DNA of 64,000 nt from Octopus vulgaris (GCA_951406725.2 OX597822.1:110174001-110238000); one strand, 5' to 3'. Shown: positions 37,429 through 49,407, numbered from the stretch's first letter. The notes: generated by a model not told the origin, from the letters alone. Numbers and translations: made by a program.

Positions 37429-37821
37429 TAGCAGTATCGCCCGGCGTTGCTCGGGTTTGTAAGGGAAATAACTTTATAAGCATTTTTAGAGATGTAAAGT
37501 ATAATGGCCATCTCAATATGGCTAACCACAAAGGGGGGTGTTGCTGTAGCCTTTTACGTTCTGAGATTTAATAATAAATTTTTAGAGAGTTACTTCCCTT
37601 ATATATACCAAAAATGCATTAAAAATGGGAAAACTTGATGGTAAATTTTTTTTAAATCGTAGACTCATCGTAGACGCGCGTTAATACCCAGAAGGGCACG
37701 ATATGAATCACGACTATAAGACACCCGCTTTTGGTTAAACTGCACCGCAAAATGTGGGAGTAGTTAGGAATCTAAATCGTAGGAGACAGACAGCACACAA
37801 CCTTACTTTTATATATAAAGA
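37428..37821 (-). mobile_element. Non-autonomous Helitron
   Basis: On minus: A^TC start, subterminal hairpin CCCGAGCAACGCCGGG, CTAG^T end, no TSD. Confidence 0.82.
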
Positions 37822-37840
37822 TATATATATATACATAAAA

Positions 37841-38114
37841 AATGATAAAAAATCTACAGATGGAAAAGGACATACTACCACCATGTTCTTAATGATGAAC
37901 TTAACCTATCTGTCTATATATCTACCCTCTTTGTAATATTGGCAAATGCAATAAGCATAAGAATGTTCATTGTCCGTTTAATTAAAAATTTCTATATGTG
38001 GCTGAAGATTGCTTGACATATTAAAACTGATGTAATATCTACAGTGTTTAATAAAATGAAGTAGCATAAAACGAATGTACTACACTACCTTGGTTATCCT
38101 TCTTGCCTATTTTG

Positions 38115-38117
<3 letters not shown>
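37841..38117 (+). repeat. Dispersed repeat of about 280 bp, copy 2
   Basis: See 29870-30146. Confidence 0.85.
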
Positions 38118-38147
<30 letters not shown>

Positions 38148-38149
<2 letters not shown>

Positions 38150-38378
38150 TCTTTTTCTTTTTTTTTCTCTCTCTTCTTACTTGTTTCAGTCATTTGACTG
38201 CGACCATGCTGGAGCACCACCATTAGTCGAGCAAATCGACCCCGGGACTTATTCTTTGTGAGCCCAGTACTTATTCTATCGGTCTCTTTTGCCGAACCGC
38301 TAAGTGACGGGGACGTAAACACACCAGCATCGGTTGTCAAGCAATGCTAGGGGGACAAACACAGACACACAAACATAT

Positions 38379-38453
<75 letters not shown>

Positions 38454-38609
38454 TACGACAGGCTTCTTTCAGTTTCCGTCTACCAAATCCACTCACAAGG
38501 CATTGATAGGCCAGGGGCTATAGCAGAAGACACTTGCCCAAGATGCCACGCAGTGGGACTGAACCCGGAACCATGTGGTTGGTTAGCAAGCTACTTACCA
38601 CACAGTCAC
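38148..38609 (-). mobile_element. SINE family A
   Basis: Family match. Confidence 0.9.
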
Positions 38610-38683
38610 ATATATATATATAAATTATAATTTAGGGTATCTAAGAGATACTGCCACGCTGGAAATAGCAGCCAGATCTCAAT

Positions 38684-38811
38684 GGAGATCGGGCGAAAAT
38701 GACTTTTCTCTAGCATGCTTGAAGTGCCGATACCTTCAAAAACAAGTAGTAGTTTTTGAAGGTATCGGCACTTCGAACATGTTGGAGAAAGGACGTTTTC
38801 TCCCGATCTCC
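38684..38811. repeat. Hairpin (arms about 60 bp) within a fold-back-family element (about 38625-38945)
   Basis: GAAGTGCCGATACCTTCAAAAAC-AAGTAGTA-GTTTTTGAAGGTATCGGCACTTC perfect inner stem. Confidence 0.88.
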
Positions 38812-38958
38812 CTTGATTTAATTATATGCATATATACACTATTATTAATTTAATATATTAATTGCCTCTAAATTTTTATAGCATGCGGACTACTTGATGA
38901 AAATCACTAACGTGATTGTTGTCCTTATATTCCTTTGTGAATTAATAGATAAATAAAG

Positions 38959-39021
<63 letters not shown>

Positions 39022-39049
39022 AACGCACACACACACACACACATATATA

Positions 39050-39905
39050 CAGGGTGCGATGGGTAAATTTTCACCATTTTATACTTTTAAATTAACGCAT
39101 GCGCATTTTATGTTTTTGAGGTTGTTGACTACACAGTATTGTAGTAACGTCTGTGAGAAAAACAGCACCACGACGCAATTCACTCTGCCAGACTTTGGAA
39201 ACGACATGCTGTATCGCTTGGTATTCGCGTCGGAACCCCCAATACGAATATTTATGAATGTTTGGGTGTCAGTCTGAGGACTTGTACTGAGAGTGATAAA
39301 AATCAAACATCCAAGCAACAACACGGTGTTTGGGGTGGTCACTAGTGATGGTGACGTTATGTCTCCATTCATCTTCCCACACGGCCTCACATTCAACATG
39401 GGGGCCTACATCAAGTGCCTGGAGGAGGTAGTACTGCCCTGGCCGAAGAGGTTGGCTGCTAGAAGACCCTATGTCTGTCAACAGGACTAGTACACCACGC
39501 CACACAAGCAGGAGAACCCAGTCATAGCTGTCAGACAATTTCTGCGACCACATCAACCCTAACATCTCGCCACCTAACTCCCCAGCTTGCAACCCCCTTG
39601 ATTATTATTTGTGAGGTGCAGTTGAGCAAGTGACCAACAAAACTCCTTGTAACACCAAAGATGCATTGAAGGCAAAGTTTATGGCAATATTCACTGACTT
39701 AAACAAGGAAACCGCCCAGAAGAGTGCAGGAGATTCTGAAGTTGTCTTGAGAGCATGGTTGATGCCAATGGCGATTTTATTAAATACATTCCTTAGTATT
39801 TCAAGATATTTTTTAATGTAATTTCGGTAAATATATCCGTTAAAATAAGATGTCAGTTTTATTTTCATTTTTGCGTAATTTACACGACAGTTTATTCACC
39901 ACACC

Positions 39906-39908
<3 letters not shown>
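39050..39908 (+). mobile_element. Internally deleted Tc1/mariner transposon of the DD37D (maT) type
   Basis: TA TSD, imperfect TIRs CAGGGTG...CACCCTG; KHPS..VFGVVTSDGDVMSPFIF...QQD-(37 codons, after correcting one 1-nt insertion)-PLDYY. Confidence 0.9.
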
Positions 39909-39954
<46 letters not shown>

Positions 39955-39984
39955 CCAAATTTGGTATATATATATACCAAATTT

Positions 39985-40790
39985 CAGGCTTTGTGTATAT
40001 TGTAGAAAATATCCGGTTCTTGACTGAAGATTGAAGGCTTCGAATGTCCCGTCCGTGTTTTTTTGTATCGTCTTCTAAATGTTTTGCGTTCTTGTCCAGT
40101 TTGTATTTTTTTACATATACATCTATATATAGCGGCGCCCGTACCCTTTTGGTCTTATATGTAAATACATATTTCTTTAAACTTGGTACGACTCTATAAC
40201 AGTGTCTCTCTACCCCCTCTCCTACATTTCACACTTTGCACTCCACTTTGATCTGTCTCTTTCTCTGTCTCTCTCTCTCTCTCTTCTCCTCCTCCTTTGT
40301 TCCTCGTTCCCCTCTTTTCTCATCTGTCCCTCTTTTCCTCTTTCTTCTCCTTTTACGTGAAGGACTGACCAATTGCCGGCCTTTCGTGCTTAGCAGTCGT
40401 CACGGCAAGACACATTTTTTTCTCTCTCTGCCCTAAGGCATTTTTCTAACAGGCCAGCTCAAAGTTTACTCGTCCTGTCGAAAGACGCCTGTCAGTAACG
40501 TCCTGTTTTTGTTATTATCATTATTGTTTTTACGTATTTTCGTATTCTTATTCGTGTAACATCGTCTGTTTTTCCGTCCTTGTTTTGTATACTTTCGATG
40601 CTTTCTTCCAAGGAATCTTAGATTTTCTTTTGGTGCTGGCCAGATCAGAGTAATCTCAGGATTAATCAGCCGAAATTACGAGGATAATGCGGTTCTTGAC
40701 TGAAGATTGAAGGCTCCGAATGTCCCGTCGTGTTTTTTGTATCGTCTTCTAAATGTTTTGCGTTCTTGTCCCAGTTTGTATTTTTTTACA
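39985..40790 (+). mobile_element. Repeat with terminal direct repeats of about 100 bp (40016-40113 / 40691-40790), Penelope-like pseudo-LTR architecture
   Basis: Near-identical GGTTCTTGACTGAAGATTGAAGGCT.CGAATGTCCCGTC...TTTGTATTTTTT at both ends; homologue at 2840-3600. Confidence 0.72.
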
Positions 40791-40838
40791 TATATATATA
40801 TATATATATATACATAAATATATATACACCACACATAC

Positions 40839-40921
<83 letters not shown>

Positions 40922-40943
40922 AATATATATACACCACACATAC

Positions 40944-41035
<92 letters not shown>

Positions 41036-41582
41036 GTGTGTGTGATTGTGTATAGAAGAATATATTAATAAAAAGAATTCCAACCTTGTCTGATTTTCAC
41101 GTTTTATTTACAATCTTATAATGATATATTATAAGATAATATATTATAATTGAATAAAATAAAATGAAATAGTAGAATGTTAAATATTCATTCTGATTGA
41201 ACTAGTACTTTCATGCATTGAATTCTGCAATCTTCGGGTTCATGTAGTAGTGTTGACAGTCATGCTTCACAATTTTTGACTGTCAAAATTGAATTGAATT
41301 GAATTGAGTATCATCGGATAGTTGATGTTTTACTGATTTAAGTATGTTTCTCCATTCTCTAATTTTGTAGTATTAATTTACGGTAATATTATTACCTTTA
41401 CCCATATAATACAATAGATGAACTGATTGTTTGACAATTTTTAACATCTATGTATTAATTTTGTTGGGTACCTATCTAGCAGTATATTGGATATATATTA
41501 TCCCATGGTGGGTTGAATTTTCAACCCCTATCTCAATTTATAACCTATATATATATATATATATATATATGTAAATATAGTG

Positions 41583-41883
41583 AAGGCGTATGGCTCTGTG
41601 GTTAGAGCGTCGAGCTTACGATCTGAGGTTGTGAGATCGAATCCCGGACCGGGCTGGGTTTTGTGCAAGACACTTTATTTCACATTGCTCCAGTTCACTC
41701 AGCTGTAGAAATGAGTTGCGACATCACAGGTTCCAAACTGTATCGGCCCTTGCATTTCCCTTGGATAACCTGGTATGCATGGTCGACTGCAGGTCTTCCA
41801 TAAACAACCTTGCTCGGACTTGTGCCTGGGAGGGAAACTTTCTAGGTGTAATCCCATGGTCAGTCATGACCGAAGGAGGTCTC
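41583..41883 (+). mobile_element. SINE related to family D with a different tail
   Basis: tRNA-like head and TTTCACATTGCTCCAGTTCACTCAGCTG core shared; 3' half unrelated. Confidence 0.78.
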
Positions 41884-41884
41884 A

Positions 41885-41919
<35 letters not shown>

Positions 41920-42015
41920 CATACGTATAACTTAGAATAACTTAGAAAGGTTTTTGGCCAGTATTGGCCCAGGCCATGTCTAACTTAATAGCACCACCTG
42001 GCGAAGTCTTTCAGT

Positions 42016-44244
42016 TCAGGATTTGGGCACCAAGGCCCATTCGAGCAGAGAGTTATTGTTTGCGGAGACATATCCGGGTGTGGATGGTTTGTCCGGTACT
42101 GTTTGAAGGAATTTGTCCAAAGACTTCTTGAATTTTGTGTGGTCAGTTTCTTTTTTGACGTGTCCTGGTGTAATGTTGAAGAGAGCGGGTCCAATTGAGG
42201 TGAAATAGTTGTGCCGTATTGTCGTTACGTGATGCGATTTAGATTTTTGTTGTGGACGGATGGCACGTGGTCCAAGCCTTGGATGCATTTTGAAGGTGAT
42301 GCCAACATCATTCGGACAGTGCTGATGGAATATTTTCCACATCATACAGATAATGTAGCGTTCACGGCGTCGTTGGAGTGAATACAATTTCAGCTTCTCT
42401 AGTCTACCCCAGTAGTCAAGGTCTGACATGCCATCTATCTTTTTTGTGATTGACCTTTGGGGAGCTTCAATTCTCATAATATTTTGTTTTGTGTAGGGAG
42501 ACCACAGTGGACAGCAGTATTCAATGTGGGGTCGGGCAAAAGTGGAGAAGAGAAGGATAATAGCGTGGGAATCTCTCGACTGGAAGGTTCTGAGAATCCA
42601 GGAACACATTCTGCGGGCCATGTCAACTTTGCTGCTTATATGTGTAGCCCAGCTTATGTTGTTGTCCACTGTTACTCCCAGGTCTCTGATGTTGTTGGAT
42701 GCCATGAGAATTTCTCCAGAAGGAAGAGAGTATGGGAGTTTCAGAGCGTCCTCCCTTCCAAAGTGGATCAGTTCGAATTTGTCTTCATTTAGCAACATGT
42801 TATTCTTTTCCGCCCATTGGACAACAGCCAGTAGGTCTGACTGAAGGTTTATTCGGTCATCCACGCCATTGATGACCTTCTGGAGCTTGGAATCATCAGC
42901 GAAGGTTCTGATGTTGCTGTGTTTGATGGTGTCAGTAATATCATTTATGTAGATAATGAAGAGAAGTGGGCCCAACACAGTGCCTTGTGGGACACCACTG
43001 CTGACTTTGGCTGGGCTGGATTTGACTCCTTCGACTACAACATGTTGGGTTCTGTTAGAGAGGAAGCACTTGATCCATTGCAGCAGCTTTCCAGTGACAC
43101 CAATATTGGACAGCTTTCTCAGAAGGATCTTATGATCAACCCTGTCAAAGGCCTTGCTGAAATCAAGGTAGATGACATCAGTGTTGGAACCCTCTCCCAA
43201 GGCTCTCAAAATGTCATCAAAATGATGCAGTAGCTGCGTCAGGCAATCTCTCCCATTACGGAATCCATGCTGGTTGGGGTTCAGCATATTATGACTCTCA
43301 AGGAAGTGAGTCATACGCGATCTCAGCACCCTCTCAAATACCTTGATGATATGAGAGGTGAGTGAGATTGGACGGTAATTCACGGCAAGCGATTTGTTTC
43401 CATTTTTGAAAACTGGGACAACAGACTGGGATAGAAGGTCTTCTGGTATATATCCAGCATCCAATGAGTTCCGCCACAGATTGGCTAGAGGGGGTGCAAG
43501 TTGGTTTTGACACATCTTCAAGACACAAGCAGGGAACCTATCGGGACCTACTGCTGAATTATGCTTCATTTCCTTTATTGCTGCTAAGACATCAGGAGCG
43601 CCAAATGTTATGTCCGATAAAGTGTATTGGGGAGTAACATCACTGATACAGCCCAGATCAGTCATATCAGGATTGTTGAAAACAGAGCAATATTGTTTCT
43701 GCAATATTTCTCCCATGGTTTTGGCATTGTCTTGAAGAATACCATTTTCATCAATCAGAGGGCCAACAGTAGAACCAGTGACTCTGTGTTTTTTTGCAAA
43801 TGAAAAGAACACTTTGGGATTGAGTTTGATCTTCTCAATGGCCCAGGCCTCTTTAGCTCTTCGCTGACTATTGATGATAGACATCATGTTGTTTTGGAGT
43901 TTATGTTTTTTAATCTCTAGCGACGAGATGGCAGTCAGGTTGGTGTGTTGCTGTTGACAGTATTTCAGCATGTTGATCTTTTTGTTGATTCTTTTAATTT
44001 TCCTTATGAGAGATTTTCTATTTCTAGGGATTCGACACTTAGATTTGTTTGCAGATCTTAATGGGGTGTGTCTTGCACATATGTTCGTGATGGTGTCTAC
44101 AAGTGACTGCCAGGACTTTTTGATGTTAGTGGGTGTGTATGTGTGCGTGAAGGACCAATCGACTTGTGCAAGATCATTATTGATCGCTTCCCAGTTTGCA
44201 TTGTGGAAATCCAGTGTCAAATGGATGAACAGGAGGGATGACAT
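42016..44244 (-). CDS. LINE ORF2, reverse transcriptase portion (downstream of frameshift)
   Basis: NYRPISLTS, QHGFR, YLDFSKAFDRVDH, SGVPQGTVLGPLLFIIYIND, FADD, DLGV, LYSLQRRRER. Confidence 0.95.
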   Translation of the reverse strand: MSSLLFIHLTLDFHNANWEAINNDLAQVDWSFTHTYTPTNIKKSWQSLVDTITNICARHTPLRSANKSKCRIPRNRKSLIRKIKRINKKINMLKYCQQQHTNLTAISSLEIKKHKLQNNMMSIINSQRRAKEAWAIEKIKLNPKVFFSFAKKHRVTGSTVGPLIDENGILQDNAKTMGEILQKQYCSVFNNPDMTDLGCISDVTPQYTLSDITFGAPDVLAAIKEMKHNSAVGPDRFPACVLKMCQNQLAPPLANLWRNSLDAGYIPEDLLSQSVVPVFKNGNKSLAVNYRPISLTSHIIKVFERVLRSRMTHFLESHNMLNPNQHGFRNGRDCLTQLLHHFDDILRALGEGSNTDVIYLDFSKAFDRVDHKILLRKLSNIGVTGKLLQWIKCFLSNRTQHVVVEGVKSSPAKVSSGVPQGTVLGPLLFIIYINDITDTIKHSNIRTFADDSKLQKVINGVDDRINLQSDLLAVVQWAEKNNMLLNEDKFELIHFGREDALKLPYSLPSGEILMASNNIRDLGVTVDNNISWATHISSKVDMARRMCSWILRTFQSRDSHAIILLFSTFARPHIEYCCPLWSPYTKQNIMRIEAPQRSITKKIDGMSDLDYWGRLEKLKLYSLQRRRERYIICMMWKIFHQHCPNDVGITFKMHPRLGPRAIRPQQKSKSHHVTTIRHNYFTSIGPALFNITPGHVKKETDHTKFKKSLDKFLQTVPDKPSTPGYVSANNNSLLEWALVPKS

Positions 44245-45031
44245 TTGTTTTGCATTTTGGCCAGTGAAATCTCAGATCACACAGAACCATGTCATGGTCG
44301 GAGAGTAGGGTTTTCTCCACTGCAATATTGTGGATAGTATCAGTGTGATTGCTGAAAATTAAGTCTAAGACGTTTTTGTGACATCTCGTTGGTTCGAGTA
44401 CCAGTTGGGACAAGAAGAAGTCATCCATGAAGTCAAGAAGCGATTCCACTGCCTCCCTGTCAGGGGTTGAGAGAGAAAAACCTGGCGGCAGACTGTTTGT
44501 AGACCAGTCAACCCCGGGAAGGTTGAAATCTCCCATCATTAAAATGTTGTCAGGTTGACACTGCTGAATGAAACACTTTATGCTGTTGAGGCATTCCTTG
44601 AAGCATGGTAGGGGCGTTTGGGGTGGTCTGTAGAGCCCAACTACTGTTAAGTTGTTGGTTTGACTGAATACAGCGACTGCTTCGCAGTATCCATTCGAAA
44701 ATATGTTCATGGCTTCTGTTGAGAATGAATCATGGACATAAATGGCAGTCCCACCCTTTCTTCTGCCAACACGATCAGCACGAATGGTTTTGAAATTTTT
44801 AACTTTCACCTCGGCTTCCAAGTGGAGGTCACTAAGATGGGTTTCAGTGAGGACGAAGAAAGGGATGTGGTTTGGATGGGCCTCGACCCAGTCCTCCAGG
44901 AATCTTATCTTCCATTTTTGTGTATTGGTGGAAGGGCTGATGCCTTGGGCATTAAGCAGAAATGTTGAGGCGAGAGTGGATGGTTTTAATTGTTTTGGTG
45001 ATTTGTTTATTTGATTGCTTTTTAATGGCAT
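44177..45031 (-). CDS. LINE ORF2, apurinic-type endonuclease portion
   Basis: [41 protein letters not shown]...LDLIF, SDHDMV. Confidence 0.93.
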   Translation of the reverse strand: MPLKSNQINKSPKQLKPSTLASTFLLNAQGISPSTNTQKWKIRFLEDWVEAHPNHIPFFVLTETHLSDLHLEAEVKVKNFKTIRADRVGRRKGGTAIYVHDSFSTEAMNIFSNGYCEAVAVFSQTNNLTVVGLYRPPQTPLPCFKECLNSIKCFIQQCQPDNILMMGDFNLPGVDWSTNSLPPGFSLSTPDREAVESLLDFMDDFFLSQLVLEPTRCHKNVLDLIFSNHTDTIHNIAVEKTLLSDHDMVLCDLRFHWPKCKTNVIPPVHPFDTGFPQCKLGSDQ

Positions 45032-45395
45032 GTGTAGTGGGGTAATAGTGGTGGATGGCGGTGGGTGATAGCTCGGATGTTTTTTTCCAGTTCTTTTGCT
45101 AGATTCATTATAGCTAAAAAAGAGGAAGAAGAGGTGGTTTCCTGTCTAGGGAACCGCAGGTGACTGTGGCCGCGGCTATTTTTATGTGAGTGGTTATCTT
45201 TAAATGTCCGACGAGTCCCCGGGAGATGGGTAAAGGGGCAATCCCTGTGCAAACACAATCTGTCTCGCTGGGAATAGCGGCAGATTTGGGGATTCCTTGT
45301 TTGAGATATTGGTGGTTGTGGTGATGTTGTATTATGGTGGTTGCTGTTGTAGTTTGTGGGGATAGAGCGTTTTGTTCCAGGTAAATGGGTGAATT
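45022..45395 (-). CDS. LINE ORF1 C-terminal remnant with CCCH zinc finger(s)
   Basis: [10 protein letters not shown] ... [26 protein letters not shown]; its stop overlaps the ORF2 ATG (ATGCCATTAA). Confidence 0.75.
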
Positions 45396-45404
45396 TATAT
45401 ATAC

Positions 45405-45443
<39 letters not shown>

Positions 45444-45480
45444 GCATACGTATATATATATATATATATATATATAATAC

Positions 45481-45540
<60 letters not shown>

Positions 45541-45568
45541 CGTATATATATATATATATATATAATAC

Positions 45569-45600
<32 letters not shown>

Positions 45601-45638
45601 CATACGTATATATACATATATATATATATATAAATACG

Positions 45639-45682
<44 letters not shown>

Positions 45683-45790
45683 TATAGTATACATATATAT
45701 ACACACATACATGTATATAGACATATATATGTATATATATATATATACATATATGTATATGTATATATATATATATGTGTGTGTGTGTGT
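45396..45790. repeat. Compound (TA)n tract with recurring TAATACG/CATACG interruptions
   Basis: Directly visible. Confidence 0.95.
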
Positions 45791-46616
45791 AATATAGATA
45801 TATCTACAATGAATTACTTTCCGATTTCTTTTGTGTTTATATTATTGATTGCTCGCCTTGGTCTGTTTTACTCTCATTAGTATGATAGTCACATTGCAAC
45901 ATGGCTTCTTCTCTATGCTAATCTATGTGTCTTGTGCGTAGGATATTACCACTAAGTTGAGGCTGCATTTGAAATGATCCCAAGAATATCTAATAAATAG
46001 TCTCCAAGATTAATTCTAAATAATCGTGTTGGGAGCAGACATGAACAAAGCGATAGAATGGAAGAAAAAAGAAACATTCTTGTAGAATTTTAACGAATAA
46101 ATTGTTGCATCGAGTTAAAGTAGAAATATAGTTTATCGTTGGATATGGACGGTAGCAGGCAACAGTAAACGTAGGCGAGAACAATTTGTGAAAGAATATG
46201 AATATACATGACCGAAGATTGTGATAAACAGTGAATATCAATGAGTAAAGATTGATACATAGTGAATATAAAAGGATAAAAATTGTTACGAAGTGTGAGA
46301 GACAAACGTAAAGATGGAGGATCTTGTTGGAAGTGAAAAAAGATATTGAATGACATATTAAGTTAAGAAAATCTATTACAGAACCTTAATAGAAGTGGAA
46401 GGTGTAAATATAAGCTAGAGGAACACCTTAGGATAAATAGATATCAAAGGAGGCAGTTTCTGGAAAGAAGTGTCATAAATTTAGCTTAATCTATAATCAC
46501 GACAATATTCAACCTTGATATTCCTATTTCTTTACACGTTTCAGATGAAAGTCAAAAAGCATATTTATATATATTCGTTTATGACATATAGTACACAACG
46601 ATAGTTTCAGTATATG

Positions 46617-46740
46617 CATACATACATACATACATACATACATACATACATACATACATACATTGATACGGACGTACATACATACATACATTGATACGTA
46701 CCTTCATACATACATACACATACATATATACATACATGAA
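46617..46740. repeat. (TACA)n microsatellite
   Basis: Directly visible. Confidence 0.95.
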
Positions 46741-46792
46741 TACATGTGTGAGTGTGTAGTCATTTAAGGTATGCTGCATTCATATACACTAT

Positions 46793-46840
<48 letters not shown>

Positions 46841-47734
46841 TGCACACCTATACACACATACATACACACATTTATGATACACAGTAGTCATATACATAAG
46901 CGAAATAAATAATCATTTACGTGATCAGAGATATTCATTAATTGACTACCATTCTTTGGTCCTTCGGTGGGAACTGAAAAATGGGTGTTTGCAGCATTCA
47001 TGCATTTTCTAAACTTAATGAAGTAAGCTTCCTTTCTTCCACTAGGATTTGAAACCTCATCACATATTTCTACTTATTTACCGCTCATTGTATAATGCTA
47101 ACCACTTCATATAATATGATAATACTGCAAAAGTGGTTGAATGGATTATAATGACGGAAAGAGAAGTAAAGTAATCGAGTTTTGTGCTGGAAAAGAAAGC
47201 TATAACAATTATCTCAAGAAAGTAGTTGACTTCTGCTGTGAGGTCAGAGATCAATATTAATGTGAATTGTGGTTAAGCAGCTAAACTGAGGTCAACTATC
47301 AAAGAACACATAACATAATAATGTATTATTTAGTTGGACGGGTGTAATCATGAAGTCACTGACTATTGCCTTGTGGGAATATAAAAGTTGATAGCAAGAT
47401 ATCACAGTCATTGCTCTCTACTAACACAAAACACCTGTGATCTTCTGTTAATCGTTATATTACATTCTTCGGTCTTACATAAAACTTTTCAAAATTGTGT
47501 TCAAACATTTTGTTAACGCAGCCTTATGTATATTCAATTTCCAAAGTGTTGTTGTGTAGTCCCGGTCGTCGTCAAGTAGACCTATGATCAAAGGCGTTAC
47601 CCCTGTGACTATTCTATTTGCCAGACAAATTGAATCTAATTTGTGATGTAATGTAAGGTATACCATTTTGAATAAACATACAACTTTGGTTTCACTGTGG
47701 AAAATAAACGACGTAGTTACACCAAGAGTTTTTA

Positions 47735-48110
47735 TTTCCCGCAAACAGGTAAAGTGGAATCGAACTGACTAGTTTTTAGTCTTCTAAGATCTTCATCAGA
47801 GAAAGAATATCTACGGAAAATTATGGAGCACCACCGTCACCGCCCACCTTCTGCATCATCTTGCCATACACCTTCAAACTAACCAGGTCCACTTCCCTTC
47901 TCTTAAACTCCTCAGCCTCAGCAAAACTCCTTGTTTTTTCCCCCGATATTTTATGCATTTTTGTCCACCGCACTTACGAGCTCCTCCTCTGCTGAAGACA
48001 ACTCAGATCCGCTAAAGTCTGAGTACATTGTCTCTATCCTCGAAGCAGTAGCAAAACCCAACGTCCGACACAAACGACAAACCAAATGCATTCTGGGTGA
48101 CGCATGCGCA
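47735..48110 (-). mobile_element. Second, diverged 5' fragment of the CCHC-ORF1 retroelement, preceded by a SINE-A head (48111-48139)
   Basis: ATG at 48028: MYSDFSGSELSSAEEELVSAV...RSFAEAEEFKRREVDLVSLKVYGKM vs MYSDLDGSELQSTSELVKAV...RRFAESTEVKRRELDLAGLREYEKM; both start GCGCATGC.TC. Confidence 0.78.
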
Positions 48111-48233
48111 GGGAAGTAAACTTCTTACCACACAGCCACATTCTTTCGTCGCATCCCGATACTAAAAAATCCCCATATGTCTATTGACTCAAGATTTTAC
48201 GGAAATATTGCATTTAAAAATAAAGTTAAAATC

Positions 48234-48284
<51 letters not shown>

Positions 48285-48320
48285 GAGAGAGAAGTTATGT
48301 GTCAAACAGAAATAAATATA

Positions 48321-48495
48321 TATTTATTTACTGCCCACAAGGGGCTAAACATAGAGGGGACAAATAAGGACAGACAAAGGGATTAAGATCGACCCCAATG
48401 CGAAACTGGTACTTTATTTATCGACCCCGAAAGGATGAAAGGCAAAATCGACCTCGGCGGAATTTGAAATCAGAACGTAACGACAGACGCAATAC
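48321..48495 (-). mobile_element. 5'-truncated SINE-B with 18-bp TSD
   Basis: TSD CAAACAGAAATAAATATA at 48303-48320 and 48496-48513. Confidence 0.92.
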
Positions 48496-48714
48496 CAAAC
48501 AGAAATAAATATAACGTATTTATTTAGAAAATACCTGTACAAACATGCTTTAATCTTTTATGTAAATTATATAAAGAACAATTTCTATGGTCAAAGAAAT
48601 CCTTGCAAGGTGATGTAGTGATCTAGTTTCGATTTCTACTGGGAACTGTTTCACTTTTATTTCTAATACCATTCACGTCAGTCGTTGTCGATTAATCATT
48701 GTAAAATAATTCTT

Positions 48715-49407
48715 TCTAATTTTGGCATATGAGTAACAGTTTTTGAGGGGAGGGGAAGTAAATCGATTATATCGACGCCAGTGTTCAATACGTACTTACA
48801 TTATCAACCTCGAAAGGATGAAAGGCAAAGTTGACCTCGACGGCATACGAACTCAGAACTTAAACAGCCGGAAGAAATTCTGCTCAGCATTTTGTCCTGC
48901 ACGATAACGTTTCTGATTTCTTTATTGCCCACCAGACGCTAAACATAGAGGGGACAATCAAGGACGCACAAAGGGATTAAGTCGATTACATCGAACCCAG
49001 TGCATAACTGCTACTTAATTTATCGACCCCGAGAGGATGAAAGGCAAAGTCGATCTCGGCGGAATTTGAACTCAGAACATGAAGAGAGACGAAAAACTAT
49101 CTAAGCATTTCGCCCTGCGTGCTAACATTTCTGCCAGCTCGCCACCTTTTTGTAACGGCAGACGAAATACCTATTTCATTACTACCCACAAGGGGCTAAA
49201 CACAGAGGGAGGGGACAAACAAGGACAGACAAACGGATTAAGTCGATTATCGCGACCCCAGTGCGTTACTGGTACTTAATTTATGAACATCGAAAGGATG
49301 AAAGGCAAAGTCGACCTCAGCGGAATTTAACTCAGAACGTAGCGGCAGACGAAATACTGCTAAGCATTTCGCCCGGTGTGCTAACGTTTCTGCCAGCTCA
49401 CCGCCTT
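48715..49407 (-). mobile_element. Nested/tandem cluster of three SINE-B copies
   Basis: Copies at about 48715-48915 (tail 2), 48917-49148 and 49172-49407 (tail 1). Confidence 0.88.

Larger units (their letters stand above)
41927..45395 (-). mobile_element. Near-intact CR1-group (CR1/L2/Crack-like) LINE, 5'-truncated within ORF1
   Basis: ORF1 end, APE, RT and a short 3' UTR with a GGCCA-ATAC-TGGCC hairpin and a (TTCTAAGTTA)2 tail. Confidence 0.95.

Noticed and set aside
44177-44244. Programmed ribosomal frameshift between APE and RT
   Set aside because: No slippery heptamer seen; CR1-group ORF2 is normally one frame, so a small indel is simpler.
42457-45014. Plus-strand ORFs overlapping the LINE
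   Set aside because: Antisense shadows of the ORF2 coding sequence.
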